A stretch of DNA of 44,476 bases from Candidatus Bipolaricaulota bacterium (GCA_036783095.1 DAIPXV010000002.1:1-44476), one strand, 5' to 3'. Shown: positions 35,745-43,957, numbered from the stretch's first letter. The notes: generated by a model not told the origin, from the letters alone. Translations and numbers: made by a program.

Positions 35745-35838
35745 CCAGAAGAAGGGGGACCGGGTCAGTCCTTCTCAGCAACACAGTCCCCCATTCCTCT
35801 CACCACCCTAAGGAGGACTACCCGGTCCCCGCTTCTGG
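35745..35838. other. long rod-like hairpin (bidirectional terminator and/or antisense sRNA body)
   Basis: 35745-35751 pairs with 35832-35838 (7 bp), 35755-35764 with 35821-35830 (10 bp), and 35767-35775 with 35811-35819 (9 bp including one G-U). The C/U-rich 35-nt loop is CAGCAACACAGUCCCCCAUUCCUCUCACCACCCUA. The 3' arm overlaps the last codons of 35818..36174. Confidence 0.55.
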
Positions 35839-36174
35839 TTGCGTTTGACGCCCATTGCCAAAGAGTGTGTTGAGCAGGTGAACCAACCCCATGCCGATCG
35901 CCGTCCCAAGGGCGACTCCCTCCATGCTCCCTTCAAACTTGGGTTGGGTATAGCCACAGTTGGGACAGAGCAAATACGTCTTCCCCCCGCTCTCGTCAAT
36001 CTTGACCGTGTTGAGTTCATTCTTGCAGATGGGGCAATTCGTGGGGTTGAGGACGGACTCAGGCAGGCGGCTCACCCCCTTGCGCATGAGGGCTAGTTCC
36101 GCCTCCTTGGCGTTAATATATACCCATGCCGGCACTTTGATCGTCTTATAGGCCTCTGGGTCCTTGACCATCAT
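35818..36174 (-). CDS. hypothetical Zn-ribbon protein with a C-terminal hydrophobic (tail-anchor-like) segment
   Basis: 118-aa ORF containing CPICKN...(17 aa)...CPNCG, then GVALGTAIGMGLVHLLNTLF. It has its own consensus promoter and a ~90-nt leader. Confidence 0.55.
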   Translation of the reverse strand: MMVKDPEAYKTIKVPAWVYINAKEAELALMRKGVSRLPESVLNPTNCPICKNELNTVKIDESGGKTYLLCPNCGYTQPKFEGSMEGVALGTAIGMGLVHLLNTLFGNGRQTQPEAGTG

Positions 36175-36263
36175 AGTTCCGTCACCAAGGTTACCTTTGT
36201 CTGATATGTAGAATTATAACCATTGTGTTATTCTAGCTATGGTATCACAGTATCCACAGTCGC

Positions 36264-36292
36264 ATTATACACTTTTTCCACCAAGTTGTCAA
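36264..36292 (-). promoter_or_regulatory. exact-consensus promoter TTGACA-17-TATAAT
   Basis: On the minus strand, TTGACA is at 36292-36287, followed by a 17-nt spacer and TATAAT at 36269-36264, in an AT-rich intergenic region. Confidence 0.6.
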
Positions 36293-36336
36293 GTCCCCCT
36301 CTCCCTTGGGGCTAAAAGAAGAATCTATAGTACTTT

Positions 36337-37044
36337 TCAGCGAGCGATCGCTTGAATCTTCTCCCTCAGCCCCTCGTAGAAGCTCACAAATGAGAGCGCT
36401 TGCTCCAAGTCTATCCAAGCAACGGACTCTATCTCATCGGGGGCTGGGCAAAAATGCTCGTGTTCAAGCTGCACTTCGTAGAAGAACGTGTGCCAATGAT
36501 AATTGGTCTTCCGCCCCAAGCGCGATTCTGTCCCCAAGAATCGAATGATCTTGCACGGAACTCCCGTCTCTTCATGCGTTTCGCGCAGAGCTGCCTCTTC
36601 AGGGGTCTCCCCATACCCGACAAAACCCCCCGGGAGAGCCCACTGCCCCGCGTTATACCCCCGCTTGGGTTTGACCATCAAGAGCTTCCCCTCTTTGAGA
36701 ATAATGGCTTTTGCTGTTAAGCGGGGCAGGGTGGCGCTCACCGCTAATCTCACCAGAGGCAGAGCCTCATCCAGCCCAGGAATCTTCTCTTTATGCCACC
36801 AATCTTCGGGGTGTATGCTCAGATGAGGCTTGCAGTAGTGCACTCTCTCCCCTTGGATCTGCAGCGTGTGCACGATCTCAAAATCGCAGGGGATCTCCCT
36901 CCGTGATGTTGGGAAGCGCAGCCGCCCCCCCTCGGCGATCAAGAAGACCTGGCCATCTCGCTCCAGATAATAATGCTCCATACGAGAGGGGCGAACGCTC
37001 GCTCGCCCCTCCATTACTATAACTCTGCTCTCCTCTTTCTGCAA
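36337..37044 (-). CDS. NUDIX hydrolase with an unassigned ~100-aa N-terminal domain
   Basis: Nudix box GGFVGYGETPEEAALRETHEETGV. The tracked start is a TTG, so the true start is uncertain. Confidence 0.83.
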   Translation of the reverse strand: MQKEESRVIVMEGRASVRPSRMEHYYLERDGQVFLIAEGGRLRFPTSRREIPCDFEIVHTLQIQGERVHYCKPHLSIHPEDWWHKEKIPGLDEALPLVRLAVSATLPRLTAKAIILKEGKLLMVKPKRGYNAGQWALPGGFVGYGETPEEAALRETHEETGVPCKIIRFLGTESRLGRKTNYHWHTFFYEVQLEHEHFCPAPDEIESVAWIDLEQALSFVSFYEGLREKIQAIAR

Positions 37045-37049
37045 GGAGC

Positions 37050-39221
37050 TCAGAAGAGCGTCCAGCGCAGGACCAGCCCCACAAAGACCAGCGCGACCAT
37101 GGACATCAGCTTAATTAAGATGTTGAGCGACGGGCCAGAGGTATCTTTGAACGGATCACCCACGGTATCGCCGACGACCGCCGCTTTGTGGGCTGGCGAC
37201 CCCTTGCCCCCATAGTGTCCCTCTTCTATGTATTTCTTGGCGTTATCCCACGCGCCGCCAGCGTTGGCCATCAAAATAGCCAACACGAACCCCGACACCA
37301 ACGCCCCTACCAAGACGCCCATCACCGCGGAGACACCAAAGAGAATCCCTATAGCTATCGGGGAGATGATCGCGAGCATGGCCGGCATGATCATCTCGCG
37401 ATGAGCGGTCTTGGTCGCGATCTCGACGGCTTGCGAATAGTCAGCCTTGGCCTTACCCTCCAGGAGCCCCGCGATCTCCTTGAATTGACGTCGCACTTCC
37501 TCGACAATCGCTCCAGCGGCCCGCCCCACTGAGCTCATCGTCAACGCGCAAAAGAGAAAGGGCAACATCGCACCCACAAAGAGCCCCAACAACACGTAAG
37601 GATTAGAGAGCGAGAATACCCGATCGAGCTGAGCCACATCAATTGGGCGCCCCGTCAGGATCGCGGTGGCCTTGCCCCCAAGATCACTCAGCTGAAGAGC
37701 GATCTGGTCGTGATAGTTACTGATGAGCGCCATCGCCGTGAGCGCCGCAGAACCGATAGCGAAGCCTTTGCCCACAGCAGCGTTGGTGTTCCCTAACGCG
37801 TCGAGAGCGTCGGTGCGCTTGCGCACTTCGGGCTTTTGATGCGACATCTCCGCAATGCCCCCGGCGTTGTCTGCGACCGGGCCGTAGGCATCGCTAGCCA
37901 GAGTAATCCCCAGAGTCGAGAGCATCCCCACGGCGGCCATGCCGATCCCATAGAGCCCCATCTTCATGGGATCAAGCCCGGCCATCGCCCCACTGGCGGT
38001 GGACGCTGCCCAGTACCCAGCAATAATAGCAATCCCAATAGCGAGCACGGGAATAGCTGTCGAGCGCATCCCTGTGGCCAGCCCACTGATAATCACCGTA
38101 GCCGGGCTGGTCTGCGCGGTCACCGAGATCTGCTGAGTGGGCTTATACTGAGAGGACGTATAGTACTCCGCGGAGAACCCGATCACGATCCCCGCAGCCA
38201 GCCCCAAGACGAGCGCAACATACAAGCCCCAATAGCTCCACGAGCCAAAGAGCAGCACCGTGATCAGCAAGGCTACCAGAGCGATGAGTACGGCGCTCGC
38301 ATAGACGCCTCTGCGCAGCGCCCGCAAGAGCTCCCCTTGGGAAGCCTCCTCGCGCGCTTGCACTAAGAAGCTCCCCAAGACCGAACAGATGATCCCCACA
38401 GCAGCGATGAGCAACGGGTAGGCGACGCTCTGCATGATGAGCTCTTTGCCGACAAATGCTGAGATCCCCAGAGCCATCGCCGCGATGATCGCGCCCACGT
38501 ACGATTCGTATAAGTCAGCGCCCATGCCCGCGACGTCGCCGACGTTATCTCCGACTTGATCGGCGATCACAGCGGGGTTGCGCGGATCATCTTCAGGGAT
38601 GCCCGCCTCGACCTTGCCTGAAAGATCCGCCCCCACGTCGGCAGATTTGGTGAAGATCCCTCCCCCCACACGGGCAAAGAGCGCCACCGAACTGGCTCCC
38701 ATCGCCGACGTTAATAACACTTGGGCGATCTCTTGGAGCCCCACCCCAATATTGTAGAGAATAACGAACCACAGGGTGATATAGAGCAATCCCAGGCCGA
38801 CGACAGAAAACCCCATGACGCTGCCGGCCTCGAAGGCAACGCGCAAGGCCCTATTGAGGCTCTGCTTGGCAGCGGTCGTCGTGCGCCCATTGCTCGCCGT
38901 GGCAATCTTCATCCCCAGATAGCCCGCTAGCCCACTGAACGCCCCAGCGGTCAAAAATGCCCACGGCGCCCAGGGGCTGAGCAGTCCGCCAAAGCTCATC
39001 AGCAAGAGAATGACAAAGAGCGCCAGCAAAAAGATAGAGACGACAAGATACTGCCTTCTCAAGAAGGCTTCTGCGCCCTCCCGTATGTATGAGGAGAGCT
39101 GGTGGATTCGCTCTTCGCCCTCGTCGAAGCCCCGCAGGCGCACGACTAAATACCCTACATATCCCAACGCCAGCACGGCGACTACACCCGCTGTGTATAC
39201 AAAATCCATACGGCGAATCAA
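37050..39221 (-). CDS. hppA: membrane-integral H+/Na+-translocating pyrophosphatase
   Basis: 723-aa polytopic ORF with GDNVGDVAGMGADLYESY, DNAGGIAEM and GDTVGDPFKDTSGPSLNILIKLM. The start could be the TTG at 39221 or the ATG at 39209. Confidence 0.95.
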   Translation of the reverse strand: MIRRMDFVYTAGVVAVLALGYVGYLVVRLRGFDEGEERIHQLSSYIREGAEAFLRRQYLVVSIFLLALFVILLLMSFGGLLSPWAPWAFLTAGAFSGLAGYLGMKIATASNGRTTTAAKQSLNRALRVAFEAGSVMGFSVVGLGLLYITLWFVILYNIGVGLQEIAQVLLTSAMGASSVALFARVGGGIFTKSADVGADLSGKVEAGIPEDDPRNPAVIADQVGDNVGDVAGMGADLYESYVGAIIAAMALGISAFVGKELIMQSVAYPLLIAAVGIICSVLGSFLVQAREEASQGELLRALRRGVYASAVLIALVALLITVLLFGSWSYWGLYVALVLGLAAGIVIGFSAEYYTSSQYKPTQQISVTAQTSPATVIISGLATGMRSTAIPVLAIGIAIIAGYWAASTASGAMAGLDPMKMGLYGIGMAAVGMLSTLGITLASDAYGPVADNAGGIAEMSHQKPEVRKRTDALDALGNTNAAVGKGFAIGSAALTAMALISNYHDQIALQLSDLGGKATAILTGRPIDVAQLDRVFSLSNPYVLLGLFVGAMLPFLFCALTMSSVGRAAGAIVEEVRRQFKEIAGLLEGKAKADYSQAVEIATKTAHREMIMPAMLAIISPIAIGILFGVSAVMGVLVGALVSGFVLAILMANAGGAWDNAKKYIEEGHYGGKGSPAHKAAVVGDTVGDPFKDTSGPSLNILIKLMSMVALVFVGLVLRWTLF

Positions 39222-39346
39222 ACCCCCTTCACAACGCTTATGATGCCAAAGTATACGTGAAAGGAGTAGCTCGATGCAAGCCCATTCTCATTTGCGTTTT
39301 TACGCAAAGTTTGCTATGCTACGTGGGGAAAGAGGAGGTTCTCCCA

Positions 39347-39757
39347 ATGCGAGCAAGAGCATTTTTCGTTGTAGGCGTGCTGACCGGCATCGGGCTACTG
39401 ATAGGATGCAACCCCGCCACCGAGCCTCTCCCCCCAGGAGCTGCCCGGGAGTTCGTCTTGGTGCTGAAAGAGATGCGCTTTATAGGGGAAAGCCCCCTGG
39501 CTATTGCCGGGGTGGAGAACCCCGATATCGTCGTGCAAGTGGGGGATCGCGTCAAGATCACCCTCAAGAACAAAGAGACCCAACTGATCCTGCACGACTT
39601 TGCCATCAGCAATCATGATGTCAAACTCTTGCAGTATCTGCGCCCCGATCAGTCAGCTACGGTAGAATTCACAGCCCCCAAAGTTGGGGAGTTCCTCTAT
39701 TATGACCCGCTCAACCCCACAACGATGAAAGGGCGGTTCATCGTGATCGGGCGCTGA
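39347..39757 (+). CDS. cupredoxin-like lipoprotein with a degenerate copper site
   Basis: AGAGGAGG sits 8 nt before the ATG at 39347. Lipobox LLIGC. The pattern V.VGD.V.I.L.N...LILHDFAI...L.P.QSATVEFTAPKVGEFLYYDPLNPTTMKGRFIVI fits the cupredoxin fold. However, D and N occupy the positions of the usual Cys and second His. Confidence 0.6.
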   Translation: MRARAFFVVGVLTGIGLLIGCNPATEPLPPGAAREFVLVLKEMRFIGESPLAIAGVENPDIVVQVGDRVKITLKNKETQLILHDFAISNHDVKLLQYLRPDQSATVEFTAPKVGEFLYYDPLNPTTMKGRFIVIGR

Positions 39758-39817
39758 CTTGCATTCTCTCCCAAAGTTCTCTAAACTCAGGCGCACCACA
39801 GTGAAGGAGTGATTACG

Positions 39818-39943
39818 ATGAGAGCCACCTGGGAGATCGAGCTGAAGAAGCGTCCCTGGGACGACGAAGACGACGAGGACGAAGACGACTGGGACGACGA
39901 AGATTGGGATGACGAGGACTGGGACGAGGACGAAGACGAGTAA
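39818..39943 (+). CDS. candidate 41-aa hyper-acidic W/D/E mini-protein (not in the ORF track)
   Basis: AAGGAG (39804-39809) lies 8 nt before the ATG at 39818. Translation is MRATWEIELKKRPWDDEDDEDEDDWDDEDWDDEDWDEDEDE, with a TAA stop at 39941-39943. Confidence 0.4.
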   Translation: MRATWEIELKKRPWDDEDDEDEDDWDDEDWDDEDWDEDEDE

Positions 39944-39988
39944 CCTCACCCTAATCCTCTCCATTTACGGAGAGGGAACGAGTGAGGT
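39943..39988. terminator. two-tier hairpin between convergent genes (candidate bidirectional terminator)
   Basis: ACCTCAC (39943-39949) pairs with GTGAGGT (39982-39988), and CCTCTCC (39956-39962) pairs with GGAGAGG (39969-39975). It overlaps the last codons of alaS. There is no clear U-tract. Confidence 0.4.
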
Positions 39989-42608
39989 ATTTGCGGATCT
40001 CTTCCTCGCCGAGCTGGAGGGCCTCGTCTAAGCCCTGGGGGTTGGAACCGCCGCCCGCAGCAAAGCGCGCATTCCCGCCACCTCCGCCCTTGATCAGTGG
40101 GCCGAGAGATTTGATAATCTGCCCAGCATGGAGGGTCTTTGTCAAGGCTTCGCTTACTTTACAGACGAGCGAGACCTTGTCACCCTCGACCCCGCCCAGC
40201 AGTGCCACCCCAGGGGCAATCTCCGGTTCGATGAGATCTGCGAGCGTCTTTAAGTCCTCTCCAGAGAGATCGAGCCGAGCACAGACGACTGACACGTGAT
40301 GGACTTTCTGGCGGCGCTGGAGCAGCTTCTCTTTTTCGCCAAGCAGAAGCTGACGCTTGAGCGCGTCGCGCTCGCGCCTCAGGGCCTCGCGCTCCGCTAA
40401 CAGAGCCTCGAGCTTCGTCGTCAGATCTCTTTCAGATGTCTCGAGCATCTGGGCGAGCTTGTGCTCAAGCTCCTCACGCTCTTTGAGATACTGCAAGAGA
40501 TTTTCGCCCACAGCCACGCGCACTCGCCGGACCCCAGCCGCAACCCCCTGCTCACTAATGATCTTAAACAGCCCGATTTGGCCTGTTCTCTGCACGTGCG
40601 TGCCACCGCACAGCTCGACACTGAACGGCCTCTCTTCTCCAGGTAGAGGGGCTATGGTGATGACGCGCACGCGCTCTTTACCCGCGTAATCTTCGGTGAA
40701 GAGCGCCATGGCACCTTTGGACTTGGCCATATCGAGGGGCTCTTCGGTGATCGTCACCGGGAGATCCGCGAGGATCGCTCTATTGGCCAGCTCTTCGATC
40801 TGGGCGATCTCTTGAGGGGTGAGCGGTGCCAAGTGCTTAAAGTCGAAGCGCAGCTCGTCGGGAGCGACGAGCGACCCCGCTTGAATTCCCTGAGAGTACC
40901 CCAAGACCCTGCGCAGCGACGCGTGTAAGACGTGCGTCGCCGTGTGATTGCGCATAGTGCGGGCACGGCGCTCCGCATCCACTTTGAGCAGACACCGATC
41001 CCCCTGATGAAACTCTCCTTCAGTAATCTGCACCCGATGGAGATAGACGCCGCGCTCATCTTTTTGGACGTCAAGGACGATTGCTTTGCCAGGGCGCGAG
41101 AGGTTTTCGATCCACCCCGTGTCGGCGACTTGTCCACCGGCCTCGGCGTAGAAGGGCGTCTCGGCAAAGACAAAGAATTGCCCATCGGCTATCAGTTCCG
41201 ATTCATGCTCAAGCTTCTGATACCCGACAAACTGAGTGAGGGGAAGAGATCCAGAGAGAGCTTCTGAAGTTTTCTCGGTGAGCTCTCTTCGGGAGCGCTT
41301 CCGTTGCTTCTCCATCTCGCGCGCAAAGCCCGCGCGATCTACGCTCATCCCGTGCTCGCGCGCAATATCTTCGAGCATCTCTACAGGGAACCCATACGTA
41401 TCGTGCAAGAAGAACGCCTCCGGGCCAGGGATGACCCTCTCCCCTCGGCGCTTCAGCTCCGAGATGATCTTCTCCGCTCGCTCAAGACCCTGATCGAGCG
41501 TGCGCTCGAAGCGCTCCTCTTCGTGAGCGACGGCCTTGAGAATAAGATCCCGCTGGGCTTTGAGCTCCGTATAGTGATCGCCCATCGTCTCGATGACAAG
41601 TTCTGCGACCTTGGGCAAGAAGGGGGTAGACAACCCAAGCTTCTTACCAAATCTGATCGCTCGGCGCATGATCATCCGTAGGACATAGCCCTGCTGCACG
41701 TTACTGGGCAAGACCCCGTCAGCAATTAAGAACACAAAAGCTCGCCCGTGATCAGCGATCACCCGATAGGGAACATATCGCTCGCGCATCTGCGCGACGC
41801 TGTGCCCAGCTAGCGCGCGCAAGCCCTCAAAGATCGGCTGAAAGAGATCCGTGTCATAGGTGCTGGGAGCGTTCTGTAAGACTGCGACGATGCGCTCCAA
41901 GCCCATCCCCGTGTCAACCCCTGGCTTGGGCAATGCAACCCGTTGCCCTGACTCGTCCTGCTCAAATTGCATAAATACTAAATTCCAGACCTCAAACCAA
42001 CGATTGCAGTCGTTGTCCAAGCTGGGGGAGCAGTCAGGGCGCTTGCAGTCACAGAACTCCCGCCCACGATCCCAGATGAGCTCGGTGTTGGGGCCGCAGG
42101 GGCCGGTCTCGCCCATCATCCAGAAGTTCGTCTTCTCCCCCATTCTGTGGATGCGCTCCTTGGGAGCGTGCGCGATCTCTTGCCAGAGCGCAAAGGACTC
42201 TTCGTCGTCTTTGTAGATTGTGAAGTGAAAGCGCTCCGGATCGAGCCCGTAGACTTTCGTTAAAAGTTCCCACGCATAGAATATAGCTTCACGCTTGAAG
42301 TAGTCCCCGAACGAAAAATTCCCCAGCATCTCGAAGAACGTATGATGTCGTGGTGAGGGGCCGACGTTTTCGAGATCGTTGTGCTTGCCGGAGACGCGCA
42401 TGCACTTCTGCACGGTTGCAGCGCGCGTGTAGGGGCGTTTCTCTAGCCCCAAGAATACTTTCTTGAACTGGACCATCCCCGCGTTGGTGAAGAGCAGCGT
42501 GGGGTCCTCAGGAACGAGTGACGAGCTAGGCTCGATAGCATGGCCTTGATCGCGAAAATAGTCTAAGAATATCTGACGCACTTCACGAGCAGTCCAGTGC
42601 TTCTTCAT
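39951..42608 (-). CDS. alaS: alanine--tRNA ligase
   Basis: 885-aa ORF. N-terminus REVRQIFLDYFRDQGHAIEPSSSLVPEDPTLLFTNAGMVQFK, the editing-domain HTATHVLH...CGGTHV, and a C-terminal DHHA1-like region. Confidence 0.97.
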   Translation of the reverse strand: MKKHWTAREVRQIFLDYFRDQGHAIEPSSSLVPEDPTLLFTNAGMVQFKKVFLGLEKRPYTRAATVQKCMRVSGKHNDLENVGPSPRHHTFFEMLGNFSFGDYFKREAIFYAWELLTKVYGLDPERFHFTIYKDDEESFALWQEIAHAPKERIHRMGEKTNFWMMGETGPCGPNTELIWDRGREFCDCKRPDCSPSLDNDCNRWFEVWNLVFMQFEQDESGQRVALPKPGVDTGMGLERIVAVLQNAPSTYDTDLFQPIFEGLRALAGHSVAQMRERYVPYRVIADHGRAFVFLIADGVLPSNVQQGYVLRMIMRRAIRFGKKLGLSTPFLPKVAELVIETMGDHYTELKAQRDLILKAVAHEEERFERTLDQGLERAEKIISELKRRGERVIPGPEAFFLHDTYGFPVEMLEDIAREHGMSVDRAGFAREMEKQRKRSRRELTEKTSEALSGSLPLTQFVGYQKLEHESELIADGQFFVFAETPFYAEAGGQVADTGWIENLSRPGKAIVLDVQKDERGVYLHRVQITEGEFHQGDRCLLKVDAERRARTMRNHTATHVLHASLRRVLGYSQGIQAGSLVAPDELRFDFKHLAPLTPQEIAQIEELANRAILADLPVTITEEPLDMAKSKGAMALFTEDYAGKERVRVITIAPLPGEERPFSVELCGGTHVQRTGQIGLFKIISEQGVAAGVRRVRVAVGENLLQYLKEREELEHKLAQMLETSERDLTTKLEALLAEREALRRERDALKRQLLLGEKEKLLQRRQKVHHVSVVCARLDLSGEDLKTLADLIEPEIAPGVALLGGVEGDKVSLVCKVSEALTKTLHAGQIIKSLGPLIKGGGGGNARFAAGGGSNPQGLDEALQLGEEEIRKYLTRSLSVNGED

Positions 42609-42622
42609 AGGGATCGGGTCCT

Positions 42623-42651
42623 AGTGTACTGTCGCGGGCGCGACCGTGCAA
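42623..42651 (-). promoter_or_regulatory. candidate alaS promoter TTGCAC-17-TACACT with a palindrome in the spacer
   Basis: On the minus strand, TTGCAC is at 42651-42646 and TACACT at 42628-42623. The spacer contains GTCGCG-GG-CGCGAC (42631-42644). Confidence 0.35.
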
Positions 42652-42719
42652 GCCTAGACTTAACTAGGGCTCGTATGCCCTTCAACAAGAGCGATCTCGC
42701 TCTCGGTCAAGCAAGAAAT

Positions 42720-42855
42720 TTACCATAGAGTGTCAATGAGCCCGGCGTTCCTAATAGCCTTATCCCGTGTGATAACTGCTACCTTCCCGCCCCTCCAAAC
42801 GCCTGTTGGCTTCCAGAAACCATACCAGGGTATGAGTATTGAGGACGTAGATCAT
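42720..42855 (-). pseudogene. remnant of a PIN-domain (VapC-like) toxin gene with an internal deletion
   Basis: The ATG at 42855 gives MIYVLNTHTLVWFLEANRRLEG, a typical VapC N-terminus, then a stop. A second frame reads AVITRDKAIRNAGLIDTLW* (42779-42720), a typical PIN C-terminus. Only ~136 nt remain where about 390 nt would be expected. Confidence 0.6.
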
Positions 42856-43060
42856 AGTGTCTCTTCTCGTTCCCGATACTTAGCCTCTTGAATCTCTTTG
42901 TAAGTGGATTCGCTTTGGCCTTTAAGGAGCCCATATAGTGAATAAAGCGGCTCCACTCTGGACAGCGGTTTGGGCCAAGTGGGCCTTCAAGATTTTTAAT
43001 TCGAGCTCAAGGCTCTTGACTCGCGAGTCCAGCAGAGGAGCTTCAACTCCTTTTTTTCAT
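42852..43060 (-). pseudogene. frameshifted antitoxin-like gene upstream of the PIN remnant
   Basis: ATG at 43060, followed by an A7 run. VEAPLLDSRVKSLELELKILKAHLAQTAVQSGAALF is read in one frame and YGLLKGQSESTYKEIQEAKYREREETL* in another. The stop overlaps the toxin ATG (ATGA at 42852-42855). Confidence 0.42.
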
Positions 43061-43189
43061 ATTTTATTTATTTCACCTCCAACTCCTGCTTGCCCTCAAC
43101 CATTGATTATACAGCCTTTCAGCTCCTCAATCTAGGCTTGGCACTTGTAAAATGTGTAAAAATTTCATAAACTTACTGCAGTGATCTAA

Positions 43190-43957
43190 ATGATTTGGGA
43201 TTGGATAGCAACAAATGCACCGGCTCTTCAAGTAATCCTTACCTTTGTATTGGTTTTAGTAACATGGAGATACGTTCAAGCTACCGTAAATCTATGGAGA
43301 GAGTCAAGATTAAGCAACACACTTTCTCAACTGCAATATCTTCCTCAAGTTATTGTTACAACAGAAAATCCGACCCGCTGGGGGTATAGCCTCGTTTTCA
43401 TAAACGAAGGCCGCATAAGCGCTCTTGTGCAATTTGATTTATTCATTGACTACGCCGGCGGAGATGTTTTTGAGAAGTCAAATAAACCCATTAAGCACTT
43501 TGAGTTTGTCATCCCTCCTGGAGGAAGAAAGAAGATCCCCATAGATACTTTTCATGATCTTAAAAGGCGAGGATTAGGTCAATATACACCTCATATATTA
43601 CGAGTAGAAGGAATTGCTTCAGTAAAGGCAGCTGAAGAGTTTGGTGAGCCTATTAGGCAAGAAATAAAAGAGAGATTCTACTGCATAATGGAAAACAGAA
43701 AGGACAAAGTCCCACCGGAAAAGCCCCTTGTTGGTAACGAGCTTCTCGACCCTCAAAAGTGGGAATGGGAATGGCTCATTTTTAATTTATCCGATAAATA
43801 TACCGAGAATAATGAGGTCGAGCCGTGGCCGGAAGATCAATTGCCAGAAGAATACAAGCCAACCAATAACAATACTACAACTTACATGCGAAAAGTGCTA
43901 CAAAAAAGATTTGGCATTCTATTTAAATCCAACGATGCGGATAAGAATACTAACTGA
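43190..43957 (+). CDS. orphan 255-aa protein with an N-terminal TM helix, in an AT-rich islet
   Basis: Intact ORF. Hydrophobic segment APALQVILTFVLVLVTW. I recognise no motif in it. Line 43261-43320 has 24/60 G+C and line 43921-43980 has 16/60, against 38/60 for line 41281-41340 in alaS. No convincing SD. Confidence 0.5.
   Translation: MIWDWIATNAPALQVILTFVLVLVTWRYVQATVNLWRESRLSNTLSQLQYLPQVIVTTENPTRWGYSLVFINEGRISALVQFDLFIDYAGGDVFEKSNKPIKHFEFVIPPGGRKKIPIDTFHDLKRRGLGQYTPHILRVEGIASVKAAEEFGEPIRQEIKERFYCIMENRKDKVPPEKPLVGNELLDPQKWEWEWLIFNLSDKYTENNEVEPWPEDQLPEEYKPTNNNTTTYMRKVLQKRFGILFKSNDADKNTN

Noticed and set aside
35742-35873. Possible leaderless 43-codon ORF (MPEEGGPGQSFSATQSPIPLTTLRRTTRSPLLVAFDAHCQRVC) behind the orphan extended -10 promoter
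   Set aside because: The geometry (4 nt after the -10) fits the leaderless pattern. However, the product is low-complexity, uses CTA/AGG/AGG codons, and is encoded mostly by the two arms of a hairpin. I treat it as non-coding RNA until shown otherwise.
39653-39964. 103-aa minus-strand ORF (poly V/F/L)
   Set aside because: It starts inside the alaS coding region, has no RBS, and overlaps the cupredoxin-like gene antisense. It is the complement of the acidic (GAC/GAR)n tract, whose plus-strand reading has a canonical SD.
42938-43135. 65-aa plus-strand ORF
   Set aside because: It is antisense to the frameshifted antitoxin remnant and has no RBS. Low-complexity product.
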